A stretch of 63,965 nt of DNA, filler included, from Reticulomyxa filosa (taxonomy: Eukaryota > Protista > Foraminifera), in NCBI GenBank assembly GCA_000512085.1. It is 23 parts of 23 records of this genome, joined end to end, with 100 filler letters (N's around TTAATTAATTAA, not from the genome) between each part and the next. Parts side by side here need not be neighbours in the genome. Positions count along the whole stretch, not along the records: positions 37,696 to 38,752 come from ASPP01042302.1; positions 38,853 to 45,793 come from ASPP01008670.1; positions 45,894 to 49,312 come from ASPP01020290.1; positions 49,413 to 53,876 come from ASPP01018701.1; 19 more parts are not named here. One strand, 5' to 3'. The position numbers and the translations under genes are program-made. Shown piece after piece: positions 38,190-51,231 of the stretch. The notes below the pieces were generated by a model that did no database searches, was not told the origin of the DNA, and saw nothing but the letters and a program-made list of their open reading frames with translations. Position 1 is the stretch's first letter; each line of letters starts with the position of its first letter.

Positions 38190-38752
38190 GGTGTTCAACC
38201 TACTGTATTTTTTAAAATTTCCATTGTTTAAATTCAAATAATAATTTAAATGTTTCATTGATATCTCCTTTACACCAATGGTCAAGTTGCAACATATAAA
38301 TAAAATTAAAGACAATGGAATGATTCCATATTGCACTTATTTGCATAGTTTGTTGGATATACTGATCATATAAAATCCATCTCAATAATATCATTTGTGT
38401 ATATTCATCTTCACTCTCTACTTTGTTTTCTCATCACATTATGTAATATGATTGACCTTGCAAACAAAATTTCATGCTCATATTTAAATGGAGATATCCA
38501 TGATACATCACAGTTATATGTGAAAAATGCTCTTTTCATAGAAGAATGAAAATGTAAAAATACATCCTTGATTATTTTTATACATTTGTGCAACTTGAAT
38601 ATCATCAGAAGTATTTACATGACTTATGAAAAATCCAAATTTTATTTCTTTAATATTCTCCAATTTCACATTTTTCAATCCACAATATAATTCCATTTCA
38701 CTTTCTTTTCTTCTTTCATGTGAATGAAGTATTTCAATGGCATTATACAAAT
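38190..38752 (-). pseudogene. ADP-ribosyltransferase (ARTC, R-S-E type)-like domain, frameshifted, 5' partial
   Basis: ELYCGL (beta1, normally LYRG), FFISHVNTSDDIQVA (STS loop), DVSWISPFKYEHEILF (ExE). Frameshift at the T5 run (+ strand A5, 38556-38560), with a further break downstream. Confidence 0.7.
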
Positions 38753-38852
38753 NNNNNNNNNNNNNNNNNNNNNNNNNNNNNNNNNNNNNNNNNNNNTTAA
38801 TTAATTAANNNNNNNNNNNNNNNNNNNNNNNNNNNNNNNNNNNNNNNNNNNN

Positions 38853-40551
38853 TACTTCGCCCCATTTCTTTCTAGATTGGTAGCGGAGCCTCCTACTGGG
38901 CCAAAATTTACAATACTTGTTTGGTCATCAGCCCTACCAGTCTTCCATCCTTTTTTTCCATATTGTTCCCAAGTGCCCATACGTTCCATCCATACACGAC
39001 GATGTCTTTTTTATTTTTTTTTTTTGGTATGTGTAAATATGTTCATTCATTTCAAAAGTCAAAAAAGGATCAAATTGTACCACTAATTATTTTTTTTTTT
39101 TTTTTTTTTTTGACGAAGTTGTTAAAAAACCAGACGTTGCAATTTCAAAACAAGTTTATAAATAAGAAAAAAGTAACTCTCTATTTTCGAATCGAAATAA
39201 ATCGAATCGATTGGCGAGCTGCCACAAATTACAAAACAAGTGCTGTGGTGCAAAGTGTTTGTCCGTTTCTGGCCAAACAAGGACATTGCAGTAAGCCATC
39301 AACCCACATTTGAAATGGTGGCGTTCGAGGCGACGTTCGTTTGTCCCAACGGGATCCATAGATGGCCCTGTATTGATTGCCCCAACGGGCATAGTCACAC
39401 AAATTCACACCACGTTTTTTTTCGCATTTGTCCACGTAGCCACTCACCATGCGCTCCAATGGATCGCGTACAAACGCAGCAAAGTAGTACTCATCATTTT
39501 CGATCAGTTTCACAATCCCATCCAATTTGTGGAATGATATATCTTGCAGTCCTGTTCAATTGCAACATAATCTATTAAGTTGATCCAGTTATAAGTAAAC
39601 GGGTTCATTTTGAACTTAAAAAAAAAAAGGGGGGGGAAAGAAAAGCCAGTATTGGTTTCGTGGCTCACTTTTGTTATTTCTCCTTCTCTCTTCTCTTTTC
39701 TCTCTTTTCCCTCCTTCCCCCCTCCCCCCCTTCTTCGGACAAAAAAAATAAAAAAAAAATAAATAAACCTCGATATGGCAGCCAATGAATTTTCGTATAG
39801 TCTTTGTCCAAGTAATTGCCCTTGTTTTCGATTCGTTTGAAAATTTGTTTGAACATTGTGCAACTGTTTTTTTCAATGACACAAAACGCAGACTTGTATT
39901 TTGGAAATACAAACAAATGATTGTTCCACCAATTCTTGACTTCGCTTTCGGTGATCGTGAACCCAGAAAAGTTGTCTTGATTTTCGTATATACTCAAAGA
40001 CCTTACATTTGGTGACATGTTGCTCACTTCGTTATATACAAGACTCGTGGATTGGTTGCTGCTTTTCTCCTTTTCTTCGTCTTCTTCTGTTTTTACGCAG
40101 GGTATGCATTTGTGCTCACGTTGATGACCTTGAGGCTTCCGACGATATCCAAATGACATTTGAGCCATATTTGGACCATTCGATTGATCGGACGCACCTT
40201 GTCTGCGATCGTTATCTTTCGTCAGCGACTCGCCACCAAAGGCTAACATACATTGGTTTGTGATTGTGGAGTATATTTCAAACGGAAACTTCACTTGGAG
40301 AAAAAGTAAGCATTTCACATTGCTTGTTTATGCAAGAGAGTGCACATACGTAAAGGGCTAGGTAGTGAGACGGAATGTACAGCATACATTAAAATCACAT
40401 TGAACAAGAGTGACGCTAACAATAGCAACGTTTGCCAAGACAGACAACAAGAGCAACAATGAGACACATTTCTTAATGTGGAATTTGCAGACAAGCGATT
40501 TACACGACCTCCTGAATAACGTGGTCTTGGTCGTGATGTTGCAGACGACAT
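38853..40551 (-). CDS. Golgi-type carbohydrate sulfotransferase (Sulfotransfer_2 / CHST-like), multi-exon, 3' partial
   Basis: N-terminal TM LLLLASLLFNVILMYAV; 5'-PSB AFCVIEKNSCTMFK; 3'-PB FAAFVRDPLERMVSGYVDK. Confidence 0.87.
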
Positions 40552-41029
40552 CTGATTTGAGCTTATCCTTTTTCCACAAACTGCCTTTGCTTCTTTTACA
40601 AACCACGAAACTTAACCAGAAGTCAGAGATGTCTAAATCTTTAATTAAAAAGTTTATCTTTTGTATCGATTTGATAGCAAATAAATTCTGTGACAGATGC
40701 AGATAATGAATTTTCACATTCAGCTAGTAAACAATACATACTCCAAAAAAAAGAAAAACAAATACAAAAAATTTAAAAGCGGAAAAATAAACATTAGACA
40801 AGTTCTTATATTTTCGTTATTTATGTCAGACTAAAAAAGATCAAAATAATTGTTTTGTGGTATAGCCAAACGAAACAAAACACGTACATTTACAAGGAAC
40901 ATAGTTATTAGATCTTAACTTTAGCAGAAAAAATGAATTTTACACGTCAAACGTTAGTTGTCTAGCCCCAGGAGCTGTTGAAAATCAAAATAAAAAAAAT
41001 TGAAACAAAAGAAATAATAACCTAAAACA

Positions 41030-41823
41030 ATGGCAGACTATAGCTGCGCTGCTACAGATCTCTTTCTTTTTCTTTCAACATGGTCATGTAGTCATTTAGT
41101 GGAGAACTTTGCAAGGTCAGGTGCGTGTGTTAACGTGTATCCTTTTTTCTTTTCCTAACAAAAAAATATCGTGAAAACGAAACAAAGAATCCACAATGAA
41201 CAATTTCAACCTGTGCGTCGAACATGGACCTATTTGATGTATGCGTCAGCATTCGGGACATTACGATATAGTATATTGCATCGAGTTCGATTACTTCCAT
41301 TACTGCATCGAATAACAACAGTGATATCAGGACAATGGGGCTATCATTGTTAGGAATTGAGTACATAATATTATCGTTTCCACACTCTTGGATAACACAT
41401 CAATTTTTGAAGTTGCACTTGAATACAACGATCGATAGCATTGAAGTCTATCTATTGATGATAGTATTGTTTTGCTATTGTTTAAATATCCAAATGGTTG
41501 ACGTTTTAATCCCATTATGTTTTGGATTTGTTCCAATTATTTTGTGTATTTTTTTCTGTGGCAAATGGAATGTATTTGTTTTAGGCGCAATTGCTCTCTC
41601 TTTGCTCTTGTCATCTATCATTATTGTTCGATATCCTTTGCGTCGTAACACTCTTTGTGGAATCCGTTCTATTCATTGGTTTCATCTGTTGTTGTCTTTC
41701 AGCATTTATTTTCATACCATCGCCCTAATCAATTTATCTTTGGGTGGAGAAATCCCTCTTTGGGATTCATTTACGACTAATTTCTCATTTCCATCACATT
41801 CATTTGACCACACACCATTTTGA
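41030..41823 (+). CDS. Small multi-pass membrane protein (possibly TMEM276/DUF6962-like)
   Basis: Exons MADYSCAATDLFLFL..., LMYASAFGTLRYS and GLSLLGI...GIRSIHWFHLLLS; several TM helices with a C-terminal HxxH motif. The family assignment is tentative. Confidence 0.5.
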
Positions 41824-42653
41824 ACATAAATTTTCAACCACTTCCAATCACTCTTAATTTTTTAATTTAATTATAATTTGAACCAATTGAGATGGCTTTT
41901 GGAAATTAATTGTGATGATGACAATTCAATCATTTACTATGTTGTCTGATTTGTTTTGCTTTGTGCTCACTTTTACTCCTCTTCAATTATTCTTTTGGCT
42001 CATCTTCTTTTGTATGATCAGCTCTGAGTTTGTTTAAAGTTGCTCTAGAATCGCAAAATGCACCTCCAAATTTCAATTTTTGCTTCTTCACAATATTTTC
42101 TCTCAATCAGGGATTTCACCTTACCACACTTTTTGCAAAAAATAAAATATTCTTGAAAAGTCCTTTGTATTCAGTAGTAGCACTGCTCTGAGTTTATCGG
42201 CTCATCATATGTTAGAGTTTCAGGTTTGAATTTGATTTGTCATTGCATTATTCTAAATACTAAATGTGGCTCCTTTGGGCGATCTTTTCAAATCAAGCTA
42301 AAATCTATGCATTGTTATTGCAGAGACTGTTTTTTTCAAGACAACAGTTCGCAATGAGCATAACAAATAACTTACGACTAGTGTGGCAGTTATGAGTAAC
42401 TACCAAAAAAATCTTTTGCCATGCTAAGGTAATCATGATTCTCAGAGATGACGGTTAACTTAAAAAAAAAAATCAAAGTGACTAATCTTTTTCTTGTATG
42501 GAAATAAAAACACCACATTGACAACACCGGAGCCACACAAGACAACTGCAAACGATGACTGACATGAGCGCATAAAGCTCAACAATTAAAGAAAAATCAC
42601 TTTAACAAAAATTCAATTTTTTCACAAATTTCCACTTTTTCTAAAAATGTTTA

Positions 42654-43971
42654 TTAATCATCTTCCTCTTCTTCCTCTTCTTCTGATGATTCTTCTTCCT
42701 CTTCTTCTGATGATTCTTCTTTAGCTTTTCTTTTTGGTTTTGGATTCTTTTTTGCTTTTCGCTTTGTATCCTCGTCGCTACTTTTTTCAGACTCACTCTC
42801 CTCGTCACTTTCTTCAATTTTCTTCTTCGACTTTTTTTGCTATTTCAAATAAAATAATTTGCAGCATAAAATGAATGCAATGTTAACGTCTTGGCAAAAT
42901 TAATATTTTTATTATTATACTCAACTTTTTTCAATTCATCTTGATACTTTTTATAGCTGTCGGTTTTTTTGTATGCTTCAAGCTTTTTTTGATATTCTGC
43001 TTTTAAGGTTTCCGCTTTCTCTTCCCATTTTTTTTTTTTATCTGCTGACAAATCCTTCCATTCTGCTCCCAATAGCTTTGACATTTCTGTTACTTTTTTA
43101 TCGGGATGAGTTTCTTTCAATTTTGGCCGACGATCATTGATGAACAAGAAATAAGCGCTTTGAGGCTTTTTTGGAGCATTTGGATCTTTAGTTCTTTCTT
43201 TTTTTTAAATAGCCCTTAAATATTTTCATTTATTTTGTAAATTGTGTATGCACAATTAACTTCTTGTTTTTCCGGAACCGCCCCCAGCTTTCGCTTTCCA
43301 CTGTTTTGTTAGTTTTTATAAACAACTTTATTTTTTGTGTTTGCATTGAAAAGGGTCAAAACAAACCTTATTTAGTTCATCTTGGTATTCCTTGTAATTT
43401 TTTGTTCCCTTATAATCTTCAAGATCAGATTCGTACTTTGCTTTCAACGTTTGGGCGTCATTTTCATAGGGCTTTTATTTGTGTATATGTTATTCCGTTT
43501 TAGCTACCCTTTTGTTTTCAAGTCCGAGAATTGTAACCAATCAAACAAGCAGAAAGAAAAATCGAACAAATTTTGTTTCTTTTTTTCCACTTCTTTTTGA
43601 ATTCTTACTTTTTTGTCCGCTTCACTCAGTTTGCTCCATTCTGCCGCGATCATCTATAAAAAAAAAACAACAAAATTTCGCAATTTTTTCTGTTGTTTTT
43701 TAAAAGAATTGTAATGCAAAATTACTAAACTTTAGAAATCTCGGTGATCTTCTTTTCAGGGTGGGACGCTTTCAGTTGCTTTCTTCGCGCATTCGAATAC
43801 AAGAAATAGGCTTTGACACGTAAACAATTTTGTTTGTTTAACCAGCGGTAAACAATTGTTTACAAGAACAAAAATGTAAATTAGGCTGTTTGTACATGAC
43901 TGAGGTCTTTTTGGCGCGTTCTTATCTCTGGGTCGTTTTGATCCATTTTCACCTCTTGACCTTTTTGACAT
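42654..43971 (-). CDS. HMGB-like protein: two HMG boxes plus acidic tail, multi-exon
   Basis: Box 1: RDKNAPKRPQS/AYFLYSNARRKQLKASHPEKKITEISK/MIAAEWSKLSEADKK/PYENDAQTLKAKY. Box 2: KDPNAPKKPQSAYFLFINDRRP...LGAEWKDL...EYQKKLEAY. The tail is EESSEEEEEEEDD*. Confidence 0.93.
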
Positions 43972-44759
43972 TGTCTTTTACTTGGATATCGGGTTATCTT
44001 TACGCTGTTTCAATAACATACACATCAGAGCAACAATTTCAAACCAGTTCACATTTTTGTAGATCTTTCCTACCAATACAGCTAGTTTTTTCCAGTGAAG
44101 CAGTCAAAAAAAATTATTTACAGCAGCGGGATAACGACAAGAACACCAGAACCAAGAAAAAGCAAACAACTTGGCTAAGTATTGATTATAGCTCTGCTCA
44201 ATTGGGTTTGTTTTATTTTATTGTTTTTTTATACAATTAAACATACATTTATAACTTCAACAAAGGAATATCGATTGGTTCAACAAATAACAACACTTCA
44301 ACAAAACAAACGCTCCCTCAAAAAAAACAAAAGGCTGTTTCGTATTTCCTGTGTCGAGTAGCTTCTTAATCATTATTTTTTTAACCAAAAAAAGTTGTAA
44401 TAACTAACATGTTGTGATCTTGTTGCTGGCTATTTACACTTTCAGTTGAAAAGAAAGAACCAAATCTCGTGTATTGATATTTTCACATAAAATTAAAAAA
44501 ATTATTAATACAGCAATGAAAATTCTAAAAATCGCATTGTTTGGTGCACAAGTTAGGAAGTTCAAAAATGTATTTCGTGTTATGTTGAGATGATAGAATT
44601 GGCTTGCACAAAGAATGCATTACAAACAAAAAGCAAGAAAGAAGAAAAAAAGCCAAAAAAGTCGAAGGTAAAATATTTTTGTCAATCTTCTTGTAAATTG
44701 TCTTTATGAATAATAATAAATCGAGGCTGTACTAAATTGAGATCAGCAACTACTTCCTT

Positions 44760-45655
44760 TAGATCTCTCAATGGCTTTGAGTCGTCTTGCAACGGTACCA
44801 ATGTTTCATTCACTTTGTTTTTTTATTGTGGATATTTTTTTTTATACGAGTGGAAGAAAAGTGAATTTAACAATAGCACGAATAATATGTATATATGTAT
44901 ATAAAAGAAAGGATTGATGGTAAGAACAATAACCATTGGCAATATCTTCAATGCACACTCTGTAAAAATTAGAGATAGAATCTGCCCATCCTCGTGTCGT
45001 AAGTGCGGCAATGACCATAAGATCTGCACTGATATCAGGATCGATGTCAATAGTAACACACGCACCGTCTTCAAAAAAAATAGTGATTTGCTGTGAGGGT
45101 TGATTGATTTGCTGTTCCTGCGTTTCGACAAGCTTCTCACTTCGACTTTGTGCCATTTCTTTCAAATCATCAATCGAAAATTTGTCCGTGTTTTCTTTTG
45201 GATTTTTCACAACTTTGCGTAGGAATTTGCCAACTGATCGTTGAATGCGTTTGCCCTTTTTATAATTCATTTCTCTATGTGGTTTATTTTTTTCGATACA
45301 AAACAAAAACAAAAAAAGAACAAATAAACAAACCCTACATATACTCGAACACATACTTTCTCTTTTAAGTGTTGAGAAGCGGATCGATCTTTGTTTTGTG
45401 GTTTTTTGTCGACCTCCAAGGATTGGTTTTGATTTTTATTCTCTTCATTGAACAATGATTCAATATCGGCTTCTTTTGATTTCGAGCTGCTTTTCATTCG
45501 TAACACATCGGGCAACTGAGAGGGGTCCAATTCCAATTCGGGTACCTTTTCAATGTTTTCACCATTGTCTTTGGGTGAGTTGTCGTCATTTATCGCGTTG
45601 TCGTCTTCCTTTTGTTTGCTGATGTGGGAATCTCGTTTTGGAGGCGAGTTGCCAT
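44760..45655 (-). CDS. Hypothetical protein with possible ubiquitin-like (RA/FERM-N) segment
   Basis: Co-linear ORF pieces; QITIFFEDGACVTIDID resembles a beta-grasp start. Confidence 0.35.
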
Positions 45656-46204
45656 GGCGAAAAAACTGGGAGTAAAATTGAGGATTTGATTTTTCTGTTT
45701 TACTGTTTTCACGAGAGTTTGAACCCGGATTTTTATTTTTACCATCGTTGTTATCATTATTATTATTATTATTATTATTATCATTATTATTATNNNNNNN
45801 NNNNNNNNNNNNNNNNNNNNNNNNNNNNNNNNNNNNNTTAATTAATTAANNNNNNNNNNNNNNNNNNNNNNNNNNNNNNNNNNNNNNNNNNNNAAAATAC
45901 AATGAAAAATTAAATCTAAAATAACATTTGTATACTTTTCTACAACATTGATTCTTTTAATTAATTCGATTTAAGGTACACAATGCAAGGTATCGTACAA
46001 ATCAAGTTTACAAATTAGCAAACGAATTTGCTTTCAACTTTTGCGTTTTGAAGCGGACGAAGTGATTGTCATATTCTGTACAAATTTTCAAAAAAATCAT
46101 TTGATAATAATGTAAGTTGTATTTCTAAATTTTTTTTTTGAATGAGTTGAATGCTTGAGCAAAAAAGACTAAAAAAAATACAAAAAAATCCAGCCACATA
46201 AAAA

Positions 46205-48081
46205 ATGAGCACTGAAGATATTTCAAAGAAAGATGAGCCCGGAGCATGCGAAAAGACGCCAAATGCGCTGAATATTGCCGAGTTATTGCGTAATGGGAAC
46301 TTAAGTGCGAATGATCAAAAGGCAATTTTAGAGGCGTTTGAGCAGTTGCAAGAAAAAGCAACAAAAACGAAGGTAGAGAAAGATGAAACGAAGAAGGAGG
46401 AGGAAACGGAAGCAAAATGGATGAAAATGAAAGAAAAGAAAAAGAGATGATAAAAAGGATAGAAAAAATAAAAGAAAAAAGAGAAAATAGTGAAAAGATG
46501 ATCGAAAAGCAAATGGACGAATTGATAGAAAAGATAAATAAAAGAAAAAGTGAGTTAAAGGAACGAGTGAGAGAAATGACAGCAGAGCAAATAAAAGACT
46601 GCAAAGAATATGCGGAAAAAGTGCAAGAGTGGTCGGAATACTACAAAAATGCACGTGAAAAGATAATAATACAAGAAAAAGAAGCAGAGATTGGAATTGC
46701 GAGTGAAAAGTATGAACAGCGACAACTCGGAGTTGAAATTGAAGACGACATTGCATTGATATTTGAAAGTAAGACGATCGAACAAGAGATTGCAAAGTTT
46801 GGAGCCGTGCTCGACAAAAAAATTAGCTCCGTACAAGTGCAAGTCAAAGACACGACCGAAAACAGTGTCACTTTGGTATGGCAAAGTGTGGAGCCAAACA
46901 AGAGTAATGGAGACTCGTTTCTTATTCAATATCGACTTGCTGACACGGACAAACATATTCAAAAAAAAAAAAAAAAAAAAAAAAGAAAGCAGAAGAAAAG
47001 GAGGGAGGAGAAGGAGAAGCCCATGTCGAAATCGATGAAGATATTGATGATGATGAAAGAGGAAAAGGAGGTGAACAAGAGATTAAAGAGATGGAAGAAA
47101 AATGGAATGAAATACAAGTAAATACGCAAATGCATCCGAATCAATCCCAATGGGAATATTCGATTATTCGTTTGTCAGATCACACCACTTACGACTTTCG
47201 TGTTCAAGCACGACATTCCATCTTTCACACTTTTTCCAATTTCTCCGACATTGTCTCGTGTCAAACTGGTTTGCTTTTTCTGATTTTTTTTTTTTTTCAA
47301 AAAAATTTTTTATGTGTGTCCCTGTCAATATCATACTATAGACTCACCTTGCCCTTTGACATTGCTCCACTTCAGTAGTGATCGCATTTGTCACGCAAAA
47401 GACGTTATTCTGGAAGAGGGCAACACATTGGTCCGAAACAATTCCCCTGAAGATTACGGACGAATCAGCATCTCTTTTCCACTCTCTGATGCCGTCGTTC
47501 AAGGCACACATTGCTGGCGAATCAAAGTTTTTTAAGCACTTATATATACACACATATACATATATATATATATTTATATACATACATATATATATATATA
47601 TACATATGTATATGTATATGCATGTAATAAATTTTTTTATTTGTTTGTTTAGATGTGCAATAGCATCACGAATATTGGATGGGTCATGCTCGGTGTTGCC
47701 AACGCCCATAAAACCTTTACCAACGAATCTTACACGGAAACTGAGTGTTGGGGCTATGATGGATGCTCTCCTTCGGAGCGAAACGACTCACAGAAGATTT
47801 CCAACTCATCTATTACGTGGAAATGGTGGATGTTAAATGAATATGTTGTTGATATGTTCCTCAACATGAAAACATTTGTTTTAAAGTGGAAACAAGTAAC
47901 TGAAGACGGCAAAGGACAGGAGCACACTCTGACAAACAACACTACATTTGCCAAATACAAAAACCTCTCCTTAGTTCCACACATCAATTTTGTAAGAAAA
48001 CACACTACTATCCAAGTCATGAAAATTCCATCCGCCATGTATGGAACTCAAATTTCACGAACAAGTGAAGGGTTTCGTTGA
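46205..48081 (+). CDS. Coiled-coil + FN3 + SPRY-like protein (TRIM C-terminal-like architecture), frameshifts in A-runs
   Basis: Coiled coil IEKQMDELIEKINKRKSEL; FN3 VKDTTENSVTLVW...FLIQYR...LSDHTTYDFRVQARH...SNFSDIV; SPRY-like QGTHCWRIKV...IGWVMLGV...VVDMFLNM...LVPHINF. Confidence 0.7.
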
Positions 48082-48325
48082 TTGGCTTTTCTTTCAAATA
48101 AAAAATGACGTCTTTTCTCTTTTTTTTTTTTTTGTGTGATCCTGTTACGAGATTTTCATGAAAATAAAAGTTATTTTGGGTTTAAAAATGAACTATTCAC
48201 GAATTTGTACTTTAAAAAATCGTAACCTTTTTACTTTTCATTCTTGTAAGAAAAAAGTGCAGTACGCCGTCCCTTTTTTAAAAAAAAGGGTCAGAAAAAT
48301 ATATATAAATAGTGGAAAAAAAAAT

Positions 48326-49175
48326 ATGCCAGCACCAACAACATCAAAAATCACAAGTACTCTCCTTAATTCAAACATTAGAGAAAACAAGAAGACAAAA
48401 AAGAATGCGGATACACAATCCCTGATGAGTGAGCGTTCCTCCCAAAGTAAGCGTTCGAAGCGAAGTCGATTTGGAACACGATCGGAACCAGAAGGTAAAA
48501 GAAAGAACAAGCGCTCAGCGTTTGGCGACCCTTCACGTTCAATAACATTGCGACTGGTGCCAAGGGATGCGGACGACCCGTTGCGAGAGAACGATAGCAA
48601 GATAAGCGAATACGTGTTGGAACCGGAGATCGAGAGCGAGGCACAAGAGAAGTTAGTGCAGAAGCTGTTCAAAGGGAACAACATGGAAGATGTACTGCCT
48701 TACGAGTATCGTTCGGAAGAGTTCAACACGCTGACAGCAACGTCGAAGAGAAGCTGTCGTCGAAGTTATGAATACGACTACACGCAGCATTATCGGACGA
48801 TAGGACACGGCAATGGTGTATTTGTCCCACACAATCCGAAGGAAATGGATCCGTCTCTGTTGCGAGTGCACGAATTGCGTGACAAGCCCGTGGATGACGG
48901 CGTGCCGGAAGATTCCCATTTGCACGATTTTGCGTTTGAATTTTCCCGAAAGCATCGACCGCATTCCCAAAAGGGTGGCAGCACAAAACACGCAGGCGAT
49001 GGCGACAATGACCAAGATGACGAATATAACAACGACGATGACGACGAAGAAGAAGATTTGGAAGCACTGCAGCTTCATTTGAAACAAAAAAATCAAGATT
49101 TAGTCAATGCTTCTGATTATCTGGCGTTATTGGAATCCTCCGATAGTGAAACTGAAAATAACGAGAACTTTGTCA
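48326..49175 (+). CDS. LTV1: LTV1-like 40S ribosome biogenesis factor, 5' part
   Basis: SITLRLVPRDADDPL...EYVLEP and YEYDYTQHYRTIGHGNGVFV match the LTV1 N-terminal motifs (F.LVHRS..DPL; YDY.QHL+..G). Confidence 0.75.
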
Positions 49176-49489
49176 TTGTTTTGTTTTGCTTTATTTGTAA
49201 CTTATATTTCTTTCCAATGAAGGGAGGGGGGGGGGGGGGGGAGGGGTCATATGCATATATACATGTATGTGTATATTATTATGCTTAAAAAAAAAAAAAA
49301 CGGGCACTCGTTNNNNNNNNNNNNNNNNNNNNNNNNNNNNNNNNNNNNNNNNNNNNTTAATTAATTAANNNNNNNNNNNNNNNNNNNNNNNNNNNNNNNN
49401 NNNNNNNNNNNNTCGAGTATATCTTGACACACACACACATACACATACACACTACGTATAAAATATTCCTTGATATTGACAGACACTTC

Positions 49490-49639
49490 GAAAGCAGCCC
49501 CCTCCGGATCGAAAAGAAAAAAAAGCAAGTGTCGTGGGCGGATCACTCCATCTATTCTCTGAGCAAAATGTACACCTATTTTATTGAAAATGAAGGCGAT
49601 GATGACACGGACAAAAAAAATAAAGATCTTATCACTGGC

Positions 49640-49691
<52 letters not shown>

Positions 49692-50893
49692 GCACGAACA
49701 ATAATAACAACAGTGGAAATAATGCTGGCAACAACAAAACAACAAAGAAACTACAACATATTGTTCGCGTTCGGTACAATCGTCCGCTGCGCTCGGTGCG
49801 CGACTTGAGTCGATATACTCACAATGGCAATGCGTTTCGCCGTCGCAACAAACAGAAAGTGCAAGACTTTTCGCCCTTTGACAATGTGTACGAGAGTGAC
49901 ATAATCGCGGAGAGCAACTTGACGGCGATGGGCTTGCAGCGCACGCAGGACAAGTACTTGCTGAAGCGCTGGCTCAAGTGCCAAGAAAAGTGGAGTGTGG
50001 CGATGAAAAAAGAAAAGCGTCAGGCGAAAGAAAAAAAAGACACTTTGAACAATGAAAACGGAAAAGACAATGACAAGGATGAAAAAGAGAAAGAGAAAGA
50101 GAAAGATAAGGATAATGACAATAACAAAAATCAAGACAAAGACAACGAACAGAAAATCAATACCATTCAAAATGAACAAGAAGAAATGAATCGCAAAAAA
50201 TTGTATCTGACCGTGGAATCGAAATTACATGAGAAAAAATTGCTGAAACGTTGCATGAAACATTTACGAGACGAAGTGCTTGCCTGTGAAAATATCATCC
50301 AAGTGAAAGAGATCATGTCCATTCAAGAAAAACTCAAAAAGTGGAATGCCACCGATTGTGTCAGTCGCTTTGCTTGGGACTTGGTCGGAATGTGGGAAAA
50401 AAAATTCCGTGAAAAAGTGTCCAAAGAACTCGCGATGATGGGCTTTGGCGAGTCCACGAATATCAACGCTGACGAAACCAAAAAGCTGGAAAAAGAGTTA
50501 AAAACGCCCGAAGAGGCCGATGAAGAAATGCAAAAACGATTGGAAGAACGAGACAAACGCAATAAAAAATGGGAGGAATTGGGCCTGCTCTCCAATCATT
50601 TGTGGACTTTGTATGACGCTTATGACTCCACCAGTCTCAAAGGAAAAAAACTCTATCCTTGGGACAAATATAATCATGCCTTTGAAAAAAAAGAGGCCCA
50701 CGCCGCCGAAGCCATGCGACAGACTCAATTTTTGGACTCTGGAATCCAATCCGAAGTGTCCACGCCATTTTTCTTATCCCGCCAAGGCAGCGATGTCTCC
50801 GATTTTGGATTATCGGCTACACTAGACACCAGACTTGGTTATAGGCGTGATGATGATAGTCCTGATGATGAAGAGTACTATGACGACGCTTAA
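49490..50893 (+). CDS. Protein with PP1-docking KQVSW motif and TFIIS-N-like helical segment, 5' partial
   Basis: Long ORF; KKKKQVSWAD at ~49514-49543; poly-Asn; IQEKLKKW...VSRFAWDLVGMWEK resembles the end of a TFIIS N-terminal domain. Confidence 0.65.
49641..49690 (+). repeat. (AAT)n coding microsatellite, poly-Asn
   Basis: Perfect trinucleotide run. Confidence 0.95.
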
Positions 50894-51231
50894 GCAAGAA
50901 AAATTATTGGAGTGAGGCTGATGAAAAACATTTCAATGTTTCAATGTAAAAAAAAAAAAAAAAACTTTGCTAAAATTTTATGCTGTTTTCCTTTTTTTGG
51001 TGAACAAAATTTTAAAAAAGCAAGTAATGTGTTTAAATGCGTTCATTCTTTGTACACTCTCGGAAGGTTTGCACATAATAACATTTTAATAACACTGTTT
51101 TGATTGATTGCGTTCGACTGAAAACGCTAATCAATTTTTATTTTTTTGCAATCTGCATACTAGAATATTTTTTTCATTGAATAACAAGTCTCTTCGCTAA
51201 TTAAAAATTTTACAATTTATAATAGTCACCA

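Noticed and set aside
17505-38560. Programmed ribosomal frameshifting in the NACHT, DnaJ, caspase-like and ART genes
   Set aside because: Most breaks are single-base changes in homopolymers, including in a housekeeping DnaJ. Sequencing error or pseudogenisation is simpler.
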